A stretch of 64,000 nt of DNA, from positions 26,846,001 to 26,910,000 of the forward strand of contig NC_092353.1 in assembly GCF_963676685.1 (NCBI RefSeq). The letters are read 5' to 3'. A program made the translations under genes and the position numbers. Below are positions 13,301 to 26,391 of this stretch, piece after piece. The notes below the pieces were generated by a model that was not told the origin of the DNA, ran no database searches, and saw only the letters and a list, made by a program, of their open reading frames with translations. This stretch comes from Mytilus edulis. Lineage: Eukaryota. Positions within the stretch are counted from its first letter, which is position 1, and every line of letters begins with the position of its first letter.

Positions 13301-16300
13301 AATTTTTCGAAAAACTAAGGATTTTCTTACCCCAGGAGTAGATTACCTTAGCCGTATTTGGAACAACTTTTTGGAATTTTGGGTCCTCAATGCTCTTCAA
13401 CTTTGTATTTGTTTGGCTTTTTAACTATTTTGATCTGAGCGTCAATGATGAGTCTTATGTAGACGAAACGCGCGTCTGGCGTATAAAATTTTAATCCTGG
13501 TACTTTTGATAACTATTTTTCAATTTTATCGGAAGTGAGACATTTTTTTCAAATGCCTCCCTATCTGAAAAGAGTAATAGTTTAAGAAGGTGTATGCCAA
13601 TTTTCATGTTTGTAGCAGGATGTGCACAATTCGTCAGAAATATGCTTGTAACCACTGGACTACACAATACCCTCACTTAAATGAGTTTTAATCGACGTTG
13701 TATCTTTGTAAAACAGCCCATAAAAATATGGTGGGCATGAAAACATGATCGTGTAGTTACCGGACAATTTCACGATTGAAACCCTTATTTCTGTCCTTCC
13801 AACTAAGATTTACATTGGTTTACTTTAGTGACAGTCATGTTGACGTCGATTACAGGTAGTCATTGCCTTTCATCGATAAAATGGAAAATGGTTACAGTTC
13901 ATACTATTTGATTTGAATATTAAAAATGACGTAATCAGTTCAACTTTCAAAATGCAAACTTCTTTTAGACAAAAATGTAATTAATGTAATTACGAAATCT
14001 AAATTAAAACGTCTGGCAAATTTGAAATGGGAATTAAAACAAATTAACTAGTGTTGCGTTTCTTAAGTTCGTCAGTATAGTTTGTCCCATGTCGCCGATT
14101 TTCTTTACAGAAAAGAATTCAGTAGCTCGTTAAAAGACATTTTTAATGATAATGTTCAATATAAGGTACGAGTCAGCCTTTTTCACGTCATTTTTAAAAA
14201 ATCAAATATCTCTAAAAGTTTTTCTATAACCTGTCAATATGTTCAGTTTATTTTTTTCCTTAAATGAATTATTAAATACTCTTGTGACTTACAGAATTTT
14301 AATTTCAAATTCTAGAAGTTTCAAATGTCACCTAACCACAACCATAACTAAAAGTTAGATAGAAATACAGGCAACAGTAGTATACCGCTGTTCAAAAGTC
14401 ATTAATGGGCAATGAGAGAAAATTAATCCGTGCTTTAGAAAACGTTTCATAGATACCAAAAACTCTTTATATCTTGTTAATATGAGTGTTATGATTTGCA
14501 TAACAGTAATAAATACATAGTTTAGCTTTACTTATTTTCCTTTAAGAGCAATTAGTTCTTTAAGAAACTGTTTGAACATCTCAAATTTCGCAGACACAGT
14601 AACACTTTAAAAAGAAGTTTCATAATTACAGATTTGGAATGAAATCTTGATTACGTCAATTTTTTTCTATTATCAAATTGATACCTTATCACAGCGCATG
14701 GATTTCACTTATCCAAATTTGAATCACAGAACTAAAAAAAAAAAGGTTTTTGTGTTTCTTTGATACATAACGATGTGGCTATTTTTTGGAAGTTCACAAT
14801 AAGCATATAGACAATTAATTCTTTAGGTTGCACAAACCACGCCTCTTTTGGGGATATGTATACTATTGTTAGATAATTAGTTCTGTTAACGTTCTGGTTC
14901 ATATATATGATCTCTATGTTTCATCTCGTAGAGACATAACTTGAGAATGTTACCAGTAAATAGGCATATGCATTTTGGTCATATTGAAATATGTGGGAAC
15001 CCTACAGTCAAGGTTGAGGAAGTAAAGAATTTAAGTGTAAGTTTAAACTCTTAGAAGTTCGCGGCATATAAACGTAGTAAAAGTGGTACAGTTTTAGCCG
15101 TAAACGGAAATCGCATAGTAGATATTTACAGAAATGCACCTATATAGGTTGATTGCTCAAAGATGAATAAAATTGTATAATAAAAAAGCAATAAATCAGG
15201 TTGTTAAATTTGATATAGCACTTTTTGTGCATCTTTGTTACATATTTGTTTGTTTTTATAGTGATTAAGATTATAAAACAATGTTGTCTGCTGTAACCCA
15301 TTTTTGACATTTTCACATATTGTGCCTGTTTGTTTTGTTGACACATCGTTGTCAATTTAATGAAATTTGATACGTCTTTCATACAAGTGAGAGATAAAGC
15401 TAGCTATACAACCAGGTTCAATCTACCACTTTCTACATAAGAAAATGCCTAGACCAAATCAGGAATATGACAGTTGTTATTCATTCGTTTGGTGTGTTTG
15501 AGCTTTTGATTTTGCCATTTGATTAGGGGATTTTCGTTTTAATTTTCCTCGGATTTCAGTAGTTTTACCAGCATAAAATGTTTTCATAATTAAAAAAAAT
15601 CAGTGAAATAACAAGCTATGTGCTGATATGACTGCAAACAATCAAGGTTAAATAAGGTAGCACAATACAAAGACAGTTTGACCTCCAAAACTATGTCTCA
15701 GATTTCCAAAAACATCAATAGAATAATTTTTATACCCAATTGAATTTAGTGGTCTCTTATGAATTGATTTAGCAAACTTCATTGAAGATTTATTAGAGAA
15801 TGAAATACAATAGGAAAAATCTGAGACACTGTTTTGGAGGTCAAACTGTGTTGTGCAAGAATCTATAAAATATTTTGGGATGCTATGAATAACAAAGAAG
15901 CTAAATTCATTCAAGTGTGGACATCACAATATAGCAACTAATTACATAATAATTAATTATGTAATATTATGTCATAATGAAATTATCACAATTTGAAAGA
16001 TTAATCTTTCTTCTTTCTTTTGGTACCTCATTTATAAAATTTAAAGAAAGATGAGTGGAATTACATCAGTTTAAAGATGTCTGATTGGGGATGAAAAATC
16101 TTTGTATTGTGCTACCTTAAATGCGTCTCAAAAACTAAATAACAGAGCGAGTATTTGTTTTTACTCCCTGCCCATCCCCAAATCGACCCTGCAACGTTAT
16201 CAACATAAAAAAAGGAATAAAATGTTGTTTTTTTTTTAAATAATGCTGAGACAAAAATGCGGAAAGAGTCATGAACATTTTCTAAAAATTATATTAATAT

Positions 16301-19300
16301 GACTCGTTCGAAAATTGAAGCAATCATTTTTGACAGTAATATCCCTGGAAATGTGCATTATGGAAAATGACATTGATACCCCTGGTGTGCCTATACATCT
16401 CATTAAAATCTAATGAAATATAAAAAGTTCAAATCAGCCCATTTTGAAATATAAATAAATGAAATCAAAATTATGCCAAAATTTGAAATCAGTAAAATTT
16501 TATTTTCATTTCATTCTTTTGTGTTGAGAATGAATAAAAAAGGAATGTATGGACAAACTGATCTCTTACAATCAAACATAGGATCAGGGGATATAACAAA
16601 CAATCATGACAGTAAAATAAGTAAAATTATACCCGATATATGTATTTGTTTTAAAAACGGCTTGATTCCCAATACTCTTTGATAACTGAATTATCTATTC
16701 TATCTTTCGTTTTAAATGCCTACAAGAATGAAATGTTGTTTGTTCTCCAATTACTTCAGTCTATGACATTTAAAACTAATAAATTCAATCTTAAATTAGG
16801 ATCCCCCTAGTCTCGTTTTGTACCGCATACCTGTAAATGTTCTGTCCAACACCGAAATCAAACTTTACTATATTATGCACTAGTCAACACAACTCACAAA
16901 AAGACATAATATATCGTATTCACTATGAAAGGGTGCATTCGCCAGTATATTATGGAAATAATAGTATAGAGGATTAAAATTTCAATCATCACAGTCTTTT
17001 TGGGATAAAATTATAGTCATTAACTTCTAGGGATTCCGTAGGAAATCGATTATTTTCGTATACTCACTCATCCCTTTGGTTAGGACTTATTTTTTTAATA
17101 TCGTTTTATTTCCAACATTATTTATTTGATTTCACTCAGTAAGCCTAATGTCTCTTGCAAACTATATATATCCTAAATATCAGCAAACGTTAAATCTGCA
17201 AATTTGCAAAATTTGCAATCCCAGCAAATAAGCAGATTTTACACTGTTGTGCTGATAATTAGGGTTATAATGAGTACAATATGTGTTCGACTTCACTTGT
17301 GATCTAATGGATAGATCTGTCGTGGAGTTTTCACTTGTTTATACGAATGTATGTATAACATTTTTTTTCCATTTTGCTTCTGCTTTTAAATCTTTTAGGT
17401 TTTTTCAGATTTCACTAGTTTTTGAATTAGAATGTACAGCCTTGTAGAAATAGTCAGTCTTACACTTATTTATTTGGGCGGTTAGCTTGTTTCTAAATCA
17501 CTTGTAGTTTTCGAAATCTTTCTTTTTATGATAAAAGTCTCTTTTAGCGCGTAGTTGATTTATATCATGATTTAACCTGCCTTCGTCAGGTGTTTTTTTC
17601 TAGCGTCGTAATACATCACATGATATATATTTTTTTAGGCATGCAGATGGAATATTACAGATCAGATAAATTATCTATTGTAGAAAATTTTACATATTAA
17701 TGTAGGATGCAGTCACAGAAATAATTTAATCATAAGTACATCTGAACGAGTGATAACTCTACGCCAGATTTTATCCATCGGATCACTAGTGATGGTGATA
17801 CAAGTCTGAAAACATAGCCTGTATATTTGATTCGTGTAAATAAATAAATATATATATAAAAGTGTCTTAGAATGTAACTGAGACACGCTAATTGGTATAT
17901 TAAAAAGTTATGCATGCGTATATCAATTTAAAATATAATGCATCTTTTTAATGTAGCAATTGAAAAGGCATACGCTACAGCCACACGGCTAGAAATATGT
18001 AGAAAAATTTACGGATGGAACATATGTGATTATCTAACCTGAAACTCTTTGGAATTTTGCAATTGATAAGGGGGCGCTGCTTCAAGCACAGGTTTTAATT
18101 TCCAGCCTCTTTTTCAAATAGCTGCCAAAGGAAGAACACACAGAAATTTGGTGACATTCAATTTTCATAAATATTTTAATCCCCTCCCCCTCCCCCTTCT
18201 TCCACCTTGAAAAGAGGTTTGTTAATTGTTGAATTAGATGAAGACAAAAAGAGCGGTATCTGCTCCCAAAAGTTGAAATGTTACACTATTATTAACAAAT
18301 TTATAGTCAAGGGGAGATAACTCTAAATTGATTGACTTTTCAAAAAATTCAATTTCAATAATTGATGACATTTGTCTTTTCATTTATTACATAATATGCT
18401 CATTGGTTCAGACTGTAAGGTCTAATGATAGTAGTGTATATTTAAATTCATAATTGGTACTTATAATTGTAGTGTATGCAAATTTTATACATGTATCTTT
18501 TGATATGATTGATTTTGAAACATAAACTGTCACATCTGTGGCCTGCATCATCATAATATGTGTTAGTTGTTATTTTGACTTTAGCGGACCATAAAATATT
18601 ATTTTTACGACGTAAACTGTGTCATATCGGAAAAAGATGCACTGTTCGACTGATTCTTATCATTCAAACTGATTTAACTTGAACACGAGTTCATGGACCT
18701 TTTTTATAAATGGCATTTAGTTTGATTACGTTTGAAGATTATTTGAAAAAAAAGTCAACAATGCATTTTTTTTAATTTGACAGATATACAGCAAAAACTA
18801 CTTTTTTCTACATTCGTGACATTTGATAATTATGAGTTATTTGTAAAAATAAAATGCATAATTATACAGGACGTTTCTATAAAACAGAAATTACAAATAA
18901 TTTAACAAAAACAGCTTGTATTTATCTTTTAAAACAAAAGCTATTGATTGCAATCGAAAGGAAAATACGTCCACAAATAAAACTTTTGAGCAAATATCTG
19001 AACTTTCGACCTCATGTTACGCAAGAGTAGGACATGAAGGTATATTTTTCATTAAAACATTTGATTTAAGGAGGCTCGAGGGTATAAAAATTTCAGAAAA
19101 AAATCAAACATTAGTTTTTCATTACAAATTTTATTTATTTCCTTTTGTAGTTGTTACTTTATCATACGATACAAAAATCATTCAAAACAATCAATTCGCG
19201 TTGGCCCCAGATGACTTTCAAAATGTATACATCATTGAAAAAGTTCCAAATTATCTTCCTTTGGTGGAAAAATGCAATTTTTTGGGTCTAAAATTAAAAT

Positions 19301-22247
19301 ATCTTTTTCAACTCATCGGTGACCTATCTTTTTTAATATAATTTTCATATAAGCTGTACTTAAACTAAATTTTTGTAAAATTTTAGCGATTTCTGTAATA
19401 AATTTCTTTTTTTTATTTCGATATTACCTTTATTTCTCCTATTACTTCAACAGAAAAAAAACACCTATACAAAAATGTATGCTTCTTTCGAAGGCAGATT
19501 GTGAGCGCAAATCAACGGTGACCATACTTTTTTATTTTATTTTTCTATTAACTATAAGATTAAGTTCATTTATAGAAAAATATAGAGAAATCCTATATAA
19601 ATGATTTAGACCCGCGAACCCCCTTAATCAGGTAAAAATAGCCTATATACAAATTTTCATCAAAATTTCATCATGGGATCAAAACTGTATGCCCTTAAGT
19701 ATACATTATAATATAAACATGCTAATTTATACATTAAAAGGGTCCTACGGGGTATTATATTTTAATATATATAACGTTATATATGTGTATAGTCCTAACA
19801 GAAACGTTATTATATATAACTAAAAACCATTCATATGAATTTCATTCAAATTCATACAAAAACAAACCTAAGTATAGACACAAAACTTTGTGCGATATTC
19901 GTGCTTCAAATTTTATCTATATAAACTAGTTTTGTCGAAATGTCCTCTCGATTTCCATACATGTATTGGATCAGCCTGAGTTGAAAGATTTCAACATTAA
20001 AGCTATTATTTCACCATGATGGGGTGCAAAAACGTTGCTGATGATCATAGAATTTTTAAGCTAAAAAAAAGAAGCACGAACTTTTTAAAATAAGCGTGAA
20101 AAAATGGCATCGTAACTAGTATTTTTGTAGAGCTATGCTTGCTGCCCATTTCTTATTATTTTGTATATAGAAAATCAATTTTAGTTTTATAACCATATCA
20201 CCGAATGACTTCGAAATATCTCATGTGCATCATGTTAGTTCTGGAACACCCAGACACAGTTCTTGTTATATGCTTATTATACAAAAATAAACTCAAATGG
20301 AATATTATAAATGATATCTTAAAGTATGTTATGGATCAAGTTTGTTTACGAATTTTCGAATCGTGCAACATAATTGAATATATAACAAATATTCTAGACT
20401 ATTTTGTTAAATTAGGTTGACTTATTAACTTGTAAGTGAATAATACATTATCAATGTTTCTTCTATTGTTTTGACAAAAGTGAAGCATAATGGCTTCTGA
20501 AAACGAATTATTATTTCAACACATCACTTTCATTAATGATTGAAGAACAAAAATCATGTTTTAGATTGTTTATACATCTCGTAGCTAGTGCCCCTTTAAA
20601 TACGCTATTTCATACATTAAAAAAGTTTTATATGCGTATATCTCTTTAAAATTCAAAACAACTTTTTAATGTATGAATTAGCGTGTCTACGTGTATAGCA
20701 TAAACATGGTAATTGATACATTAAAAAGATCTATTAGATTTTAAATAGATGTACGGTTTATATGCGAATAGTCCTAATCGTAGAAATGTTATCATTTATG
20801 ATTAAAAACAATACAAATGAATTTCATTTAATTTCATACAAAGACAAACCTAAGTTTAGACACAAAACTTTGTGCGTTATTCGTGCTTCAAATTTTATCT
20901 ATATAAAGTAGTTTTGTCCAAATGTCCTCTCGATTTCCATACATGTATTTGTTAGTCTTAGTAAGAAGTCCAATGGTTTCCACATTTTAACCTTTATTTC
21001 ACAATGTCTTGAGGAGCAAAACAATTGCTGATGATGATCTAATTTCAAAATTTAAAAAATAGCTTCACGAACTTTTTAAAATAAGCGTGATAAAATGACA
21101 TTGTCACTAAAACATTTTGTAGAGCTATGTTTGCTGCCCATTTTTTTTATTATTTTGTATATAGAAAATCAATTTTAGTTATAAAAGCAGCTCACCGAAT
21201 GACTCCGGAATATCTCATGTGCATCATTTAAGTTATAGAACACACAGACAGAGTTCTTGTAATATGCTTATTATTAAAAAAAAGATCAAATTGAATACTA
21301 TAAATGATATCTGGAAGTATGTTAAGGATCAAATTTTTCTACAAATTTAGAATTATGCACCACAATTGTATATTAAATAAATATTATATTAGAATATTTG
21401 GTTTAATTGGTTTATTCTAATGTATAAAAGTTTAATATTGTATTCAAAAGTATTTTAAATATTTAGTTTACTACATATTTGTTGTTTTTATTTCAACTTT
21501 GAACATCGTAGCTATTAGGACTACCTATAATACGTATATATTCTAACTTTTGGACCACATTGAGGACACTTCTTATTTTAGGAAACTTTCATTAATTTGA
21601 CTTGTGACTAACACATGTGAAAGGAGAATGGATAATTAGATAATTTGCAAAATTAATATTTAAAACGAGGAGTTGAATTGATATAAATAAACGTATGACT
21701 ATCATAAGACCATCATAAGACACCTCTCGTGTACTCCTCACTTTATGACAAACTTTAAGTGATTTTCTTATTTAGGACTATCATAAGACAGCTTTATGAA
21801 ACTGGCCTACAAGGGATTTCTGCAGACTACGGTCCGCAGATTGCTTTGATGAACTCCATTAATTTCACAACATTGTTTTCCACTTAACTATATTTTGCAG
21901 ATCTGTAATTCCGACATTATAGAGTAAAGTGGTTTTCATTGGCACCTACATTTCAGTCTAAAACGGACTTTGACATTTGAATAAAATTTAACACATTGTA
22001 GTAACATAATTTATGAGAAAATAACGCAGAATTTACACGAATTATCTAAAAGTGCATGAAATGGAAAAATGGACATCAAATTGATAGTTTCTTACCTGTG
22101 TGGTTGATCTCCTAACATGAAAACAAGCATCATCGTCGTAGTGGCATCAAATAACGTCGGAAGTGCTAACAACAATAATTGAAATTTCTGATATAAACCA
22201 AATCCACCTAAGTGCTGAAAAATGCTGTCGTATTCCTTATTCAACAT
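4128..22247 (-). CDS. SLC22: SLC22-family (organic cation/anion/carnitine transporter-like) MFS transporter; 8 exons seen, 3' end not found in window
   Basis: Exons (minus) 22247-22096, 11607-11427, 10129-10026, 9309-9155, 8312-8144, 7858-7637, 5021-4798, 4309-4128 have GT-AG ends and consistent phases. The translation has SLC22 hallmarks: LGGFGLYQ, HRC, CNDWVYD..STLISKFNMVC, GLLCDVWGRK, ELVDPAHR, FIRDW, VPESPRWLL, YYGISMN, SECFPTVIRA, ARIGS. The final TM12/LPET exon was not found in 1-4127. Confidence 0.93.
4319..4621. repeat. Tandem duplication, 2 x ~146 bp, at the 3' end of an SLC22 intron
   Basis: TATTTGTTCATTTTAAAGAAATGAATATG... at ~4319 and ~4465. Confidence 0.88.
4798..5021 (-). CDS. 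SLC22-like exon 7 (FAISLIYYGISMNTGDLGGN...)
   Basis: TAG acceptor, GTAAAT donor; 224 nt; overlaps ORF 4778..4987. Confidence 0.92.
5417..6800. repeat. Interspersed repeat family (GAGGAAAATTCAAAACGGAAAGT...GGATAACAACTGTCATATTCCTGAC) interleaved with a minus-strand Penelope-like 3' fragment (~5695-6080)
   Basis: Related copies at ~15250-15570 (reverse), ~27640-28140, ~41750-41860, ~49455-49580 and ~54672-54960. 5695-6080 is reverse-similar to 26320-26390 plus 27210-27480. Confidence 0.75.
7637..7858 (-). CDS. SLC22-like exon 6 (FVPESPRWLL...ILMINW)
   Basis: CAG acceptor, GTGAGT donor; 222 nt; overlaps ORF 7633..7914. Confidence 0.92.
8144..8312 (-). CDS. SLC22-like exon 5 (TELVDPAHR...FIRDWETL...)
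   Basis: TTTTTTAG acceptor, GTAAG donor; 169 nt. Confidence 0.9.
9155..9309 (-). CDS. SLC22-like exon 4 (WGRKPML...YVVPFTM)
   Basis: CAG acceptor, GTAAG donor; 155 nt; overlaps ORF 9087..9293. Confidence 0.9.
10026..10129 (-). CDS. SLC22-like exon 3 (FNMVCQDK...GLLCD)
   Basis: TAG acceptor, GTAAG donor; 104 nt. Confidence 0.9.
11427..11607 (-). CDS. SLC22-like exon 2 (extracellular loop, CRLPD...CNDWVYDTTYYQSTLISK)
   Basis: TTTCAG acceptor, GT donor; 181 nt; several N-x-S/T sequons (NIS, NTS, NGT). Confidence 0.9.
11775..12375. repeat. Direct plus inverted duplication forming a palindrome with 118-bp arms
   Basis: Arms 12078-12195 and 12258-12375; 12198-12345 is an inverted copy of 11775-11922. 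Confidence 0.9.
12918..13517 (-). repeat. ~1.7 units of the ~355-bp repeat family, inserted in an older Helentron-like repeat
   Basis: Reverse complement of the 44118-45824 units; period ~354 (12918 vs 13272). The host motif GTCCGCC|TTTTCAATTTTATCGGAAGT is split by the insertion. Confidence 0.8.
17966..19694. mobile_element. Kolobok-like non-autonomous element (host)
   Basis: Right end GTATGCCC followed by TTAA; degenerate left end AGGCATACG; contains the nested 19070-19623 element. Confidence 0.5.
19070..19623. mobile_element. Kolobok-like MITE with TTAA TSD
   Basis: TTAA at 19066-19069 and 19624-19627; imperfect TIRs GGAGGCTCGAGGGTATAAA vs GGGGGTTCGCGGGTCTAAA; RR...YY termini. Confidence 0.8.
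19714..21410. repeat. Diverged direct duplication (~700-bp units, period ~987 bp)
   Basis: Shared blocks such as AGACACAAAACTTTGTGCG..TTCGTGCTTCAAATTTTATCTATATAAA at ~19876 and ~20858. Confidence 0.85.
22096..22247 (-). CDS. SLC22-like exon 1 (MLNKEYDSIFQHLGGFGLYQKFQ...DQPH)
   Basis: ATG at 22247; donor GTAAG at 22095-22091; 152 nt, phase 2. Confidence 0.88.
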
Positions 22248-25200
22248 AATTACAGTAATGCGTATCGTGAACTGGTTAACATTTAAATACTATATTGTAC
22301 ATTTAATATCACCGAACCATACCCAAGGATATCGGACTGTAAGTAAATGAAATCAGAATAATGTCATTTAAATTATTGTTCCAAATCTTCACATTATGCA
22401 ACAATAGAAAGCGATTCGTGTTGAAAGTATTACAAACTGAATGTGTACCTAACTACATGGAAGTCCATTTACTGAATGCAATTACATTATATTTTTTGGT
22501 GGAAATGATAAGGTGTTCATATGTACCTGGACATCAAAACTTATGCAAGAGCACGCTTCTTCGCCATGTCAAGTTAATTATCTCTCAGGTCATTTGCAAA
22601 CAAAGTATGGATCATATTCATAGATATAGGAAATAACAATTTATAAAAGTAAACCATTATAGGTCAATATACGGTCTTCAACACGGAGCCTTGGCTCATA
22701 GTATGTTAACATGTTCACGGCCTTAACAGTGTGCATTACTTGCATAGCAATTGATTTGTGTCCTTTCTTACACTGAAAAAACTATTCACAAAATATATAT
22801 TCTTATCCCCTATTAAGACCCAACAGTTTTTTCTTAAAAATTGTAATGCGAATAATTATTGGTTTCCCAATTATTTAATTATTAATTGGTTTCACTGCCA
22901 TTTACAGTTTCTCTGTTTTGAATAAATCCAACACCCAGAAATAATGATCTTCAACTATCTCAAACAATCTTAAACTGTTTACCATACATGAATGGTTATC
23001 CCCCTTCTTTCCGGTCGTAATTTACTGCATGACTGAAACATTCCTCCCCTCCCCAAGGGTAATCCGTATCATTGTCACCAAACAGGGAACCTTTTGTTCA
23101 TTCATAATTTGTTTTAAGTACATACAACATTACATTGTAATCGTAGACATTATTCATAAGTGAAAACATTGGTTATCATGTATCATACCCCAATGGATAT
23201 GAAATGAATAAATTGCATGGTTCCCTTTGTATTGCATTTAAGACACAGATAAATGTCTAAAACATGGATGCAACACACAACCTTCCCTAGGTATAATATC
23301 TATCTCAATAGGTCTTTTTTTTCAATTTTCAAAAAAAAAAAAAACTGTAACGCTCCCCAACTCTAAGAAATCTGTATTAGTTTTCCTAATTATACATTGA
23401 TCTTACTGCCAAACACAATCTCCCTATTTTTGCTAATTGTTGAAGGACATACGGTGACCTACAGATGCTAACCTTCAACGTTATTTGATCTCTGGTAGAG
23501 AGTTGTCTACATGTTAATCATGCCGCATCTTATTTTCATATAGAACACTTCTTCTATGTTTTCTGCTTTTCATTCCAATTCAACATTGTTCTGTGTTAGA
23601 AAGTTGTCTCATCGATAATCATACCACATCATCTTATTTTCAAATAAAACACTCATCAAAAACAAATTCTTCAATGTTTTCTACTTTTCATTACAGTTCA
23701 ACAATGAAAGTGATTTTTATTTTTAAATCATAATTCTTTTGTTATAATTATATCGTTTTATTTAACTTTGTTTTTGTATATCAACTTATTGTTTGAAATC
23801 TCATTATGTCATAGTTCTTGATCCGAAGTTAAAAGCGAACACGTTTATTTAAAGGTACATAGTGAAATGTATACTAGTATTTATTAATTGAAACCGTTAC
23901 ACCGAATAACTGTTAAGCTGATCTTATTTACATTTTAAATACCAAACACTGTAATTGTTTTACATTGTTTGTATTTTACAATTGCATGAATACGATAACA
24001 AGGTATTATTGATCAGATCAAATACTGATACATGCTTTTTCGCTGATTCGTGGTCATTAGTTTTATATGGTGCGTTTTGTATACTCTTATGCTTTTGGCA
24101 TGGTAGATTGTTTTCCCATTTTCTTAATTTCCTTTTGTAACCTTCCACCTCTTTTATTCAGTTAGTTAAATAATAGAACATAAGAGACAACATAGAAAAC
24201 TTAAGACTAAGAAAAACGAACCCCACCAGAAAATGGGGATGATCACAGGTGCTCCTGGATGGTAAGCAGATCCTGCTCCCCCATAAAATATTGTGATACT
24301 GTAACGTGGAATTTTATTCAAACAGTAAAAGAGTAAAAAAAAATAGTAAGATGCATTTCTTTTTCCCCCAAACTAAAACCTTCAGAAAATGGAGAAACAA
24401 GAATTAGCTTTCGCTAATGTGTATATATAAATTAATTACACCAGGTGTTGAAAACGGTTTGTGACAGTAACGAATTTTCAACTTAAACATTCATATTTCA
24501 TATTTAATTTTGTTTGATAATGTATTACGAGACGAAACTTACATAAGCACTAGTACACAAACTTCACCGGCATATGGGATATACATTTCCCAGCTCATTC
24601 GGTATTCTAGAGCTTGCAGCTTCTACAAAGACTTTATATAAATTCACCATGGCATGATAAGAAAGTTTCTAAATAAATCATCGGAAAATACCAACCCTTT
24701 TTGATAACTATTATCAAATTTCGAAAATGCATGATGGTCCTGATAGATTACAAGTACACCCGTTGTTTATCATTGTTATAACGTGTCACAGTATTCATTT
24801 TGTTTGTCTTTGTATATGTTTTTCTTTTTCTGTAGAGAAATAGGGAAAACATATATACCTAATCTAAATCAATTGCAGCTAAAATTTTCAATAATAAACA
24901 CGTGTTGCAGAATCTCAATATTGACGACTTCAAGTCTAAACCTCCTGATTTCACCTGTGGTAGTTCCTCATACATTTATCATCAGGATTGAAACATTATT
25001 ACTGGTGACCTTAACATTATCAATAACACTTCGATGCTAAATTTGTTGTCCAAAGGCAAGAAATATATTGAACCTAAATCCATCAATTGGATACACAACT
25101 TCGAAATACTGAGCTTTATGACAAGCAATGGGTAACAGAAAAAAACCCATAAATATCGTACTCCGAGAAAAATTCAAAACGGAAATACCTCAATCAACAC

Positions 25201-26112
25201 GAGAAAGGATGGAATAAGTCTGTGAGGTCATTGATACAAATAAGATTGCTGAACTGAAGAAGTAAAATACAAAATGGTTCTGTTTTAACACATGCTACAT
25301 CAATCTTTAAAGACCCAAATGTTGCACAACACGTGTCCTACTTACATGACAAATATATTGTTGTCCTTGCAGATAAGCCGAAAACAACATTATGTTTGTG
25401 TATAAATCAAATAAGATAAACTGATTGATCAATAAATTAGGTATTGCCGATTCACTTGGAAACTGAACATATATATAGGTTTCATGGAGCACTTGAAAGA
25501 CATAGCAATATACCGTTGTTTGTAAGAATTATTATTTAGTTTGGGCATCCAATACAATGATGGAAGATCCAGTTCTTCATCTTTGGTAGACTCTTACTAA
25601 AGAGAAAATCCTATGTAATTATAGGTCTGTTCTTTGATCCGTCGGAATTTCTACTAAAGATGAAGATGAACACAAACCTCTTTTAAAATTATTAACACCA
25701 ATTTGTCAGCAAATCGAAGCCGGGTTTCAAAGTTATAGAGTAAATACAATCTTAGACACTTATAGCTTGCAATAGTATTAAAACATTCGATTTTTCTACA
25801 CTTTACACAAGTGTTCCCATTTCCTAACTAAAGAACAAATTGAAAGAGTAGGTCCTGCTTTGTTTCATAAAAAGCCAACGTAGATACAAGTATCTTGTCT
25901 TAAGGAGGGATGAATCCTACTTTGTAATAAGTTACTCTGGTTCTAATAAAAAAAAGTCTCTAAAACTGACATTATCAAGATACCTGATTTCTTGATTGAC
26001 AACATATTTGTTACGTTTGGAGGCATTACCCATAATAAATAATTGTACCCTTCTTCTTGCCGACTTGATTCTTTTCTCATATGTGGCTGATTTATTCCCT
26101 TAATGTTAGTGC

Positions 26113-26143
26113 TGAAAGAAAGAAAGAAAGAAAGAAAGAAAGA
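26113..26143. repeat. (GAAA)n microsatellite
   Basis: About 7 GAAA units inside the retroelement relic. Confidence 0.9.
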
Positions 26144-26391
26144 AAAGACGTTATACGTATACTTTAACGTTCCTTCCGCTATATAGATGATATTCTCATA
26201 CTGAATAATTCGAAGTGTGGTGATCATGTTAAACGCATCTGTCCCATCAAACTTGATACAAAGGATAAAACAGATACATTTAAATCATCCTCATATCTTG
26301 ACTTACATCTTTTTTACATCTAGAAATTGACAAAGAGGGTCGGTTGGAATCAAAACTTTACGACAAAAGACATGATTTCAGGTTCCCAATA

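Noticed and set aside
18916-19341. 141-aa plus-strand ORF
   Set aside because: It spans the junction of two nested non-coding MITEs and has no recognisable domain; a chance ORF.
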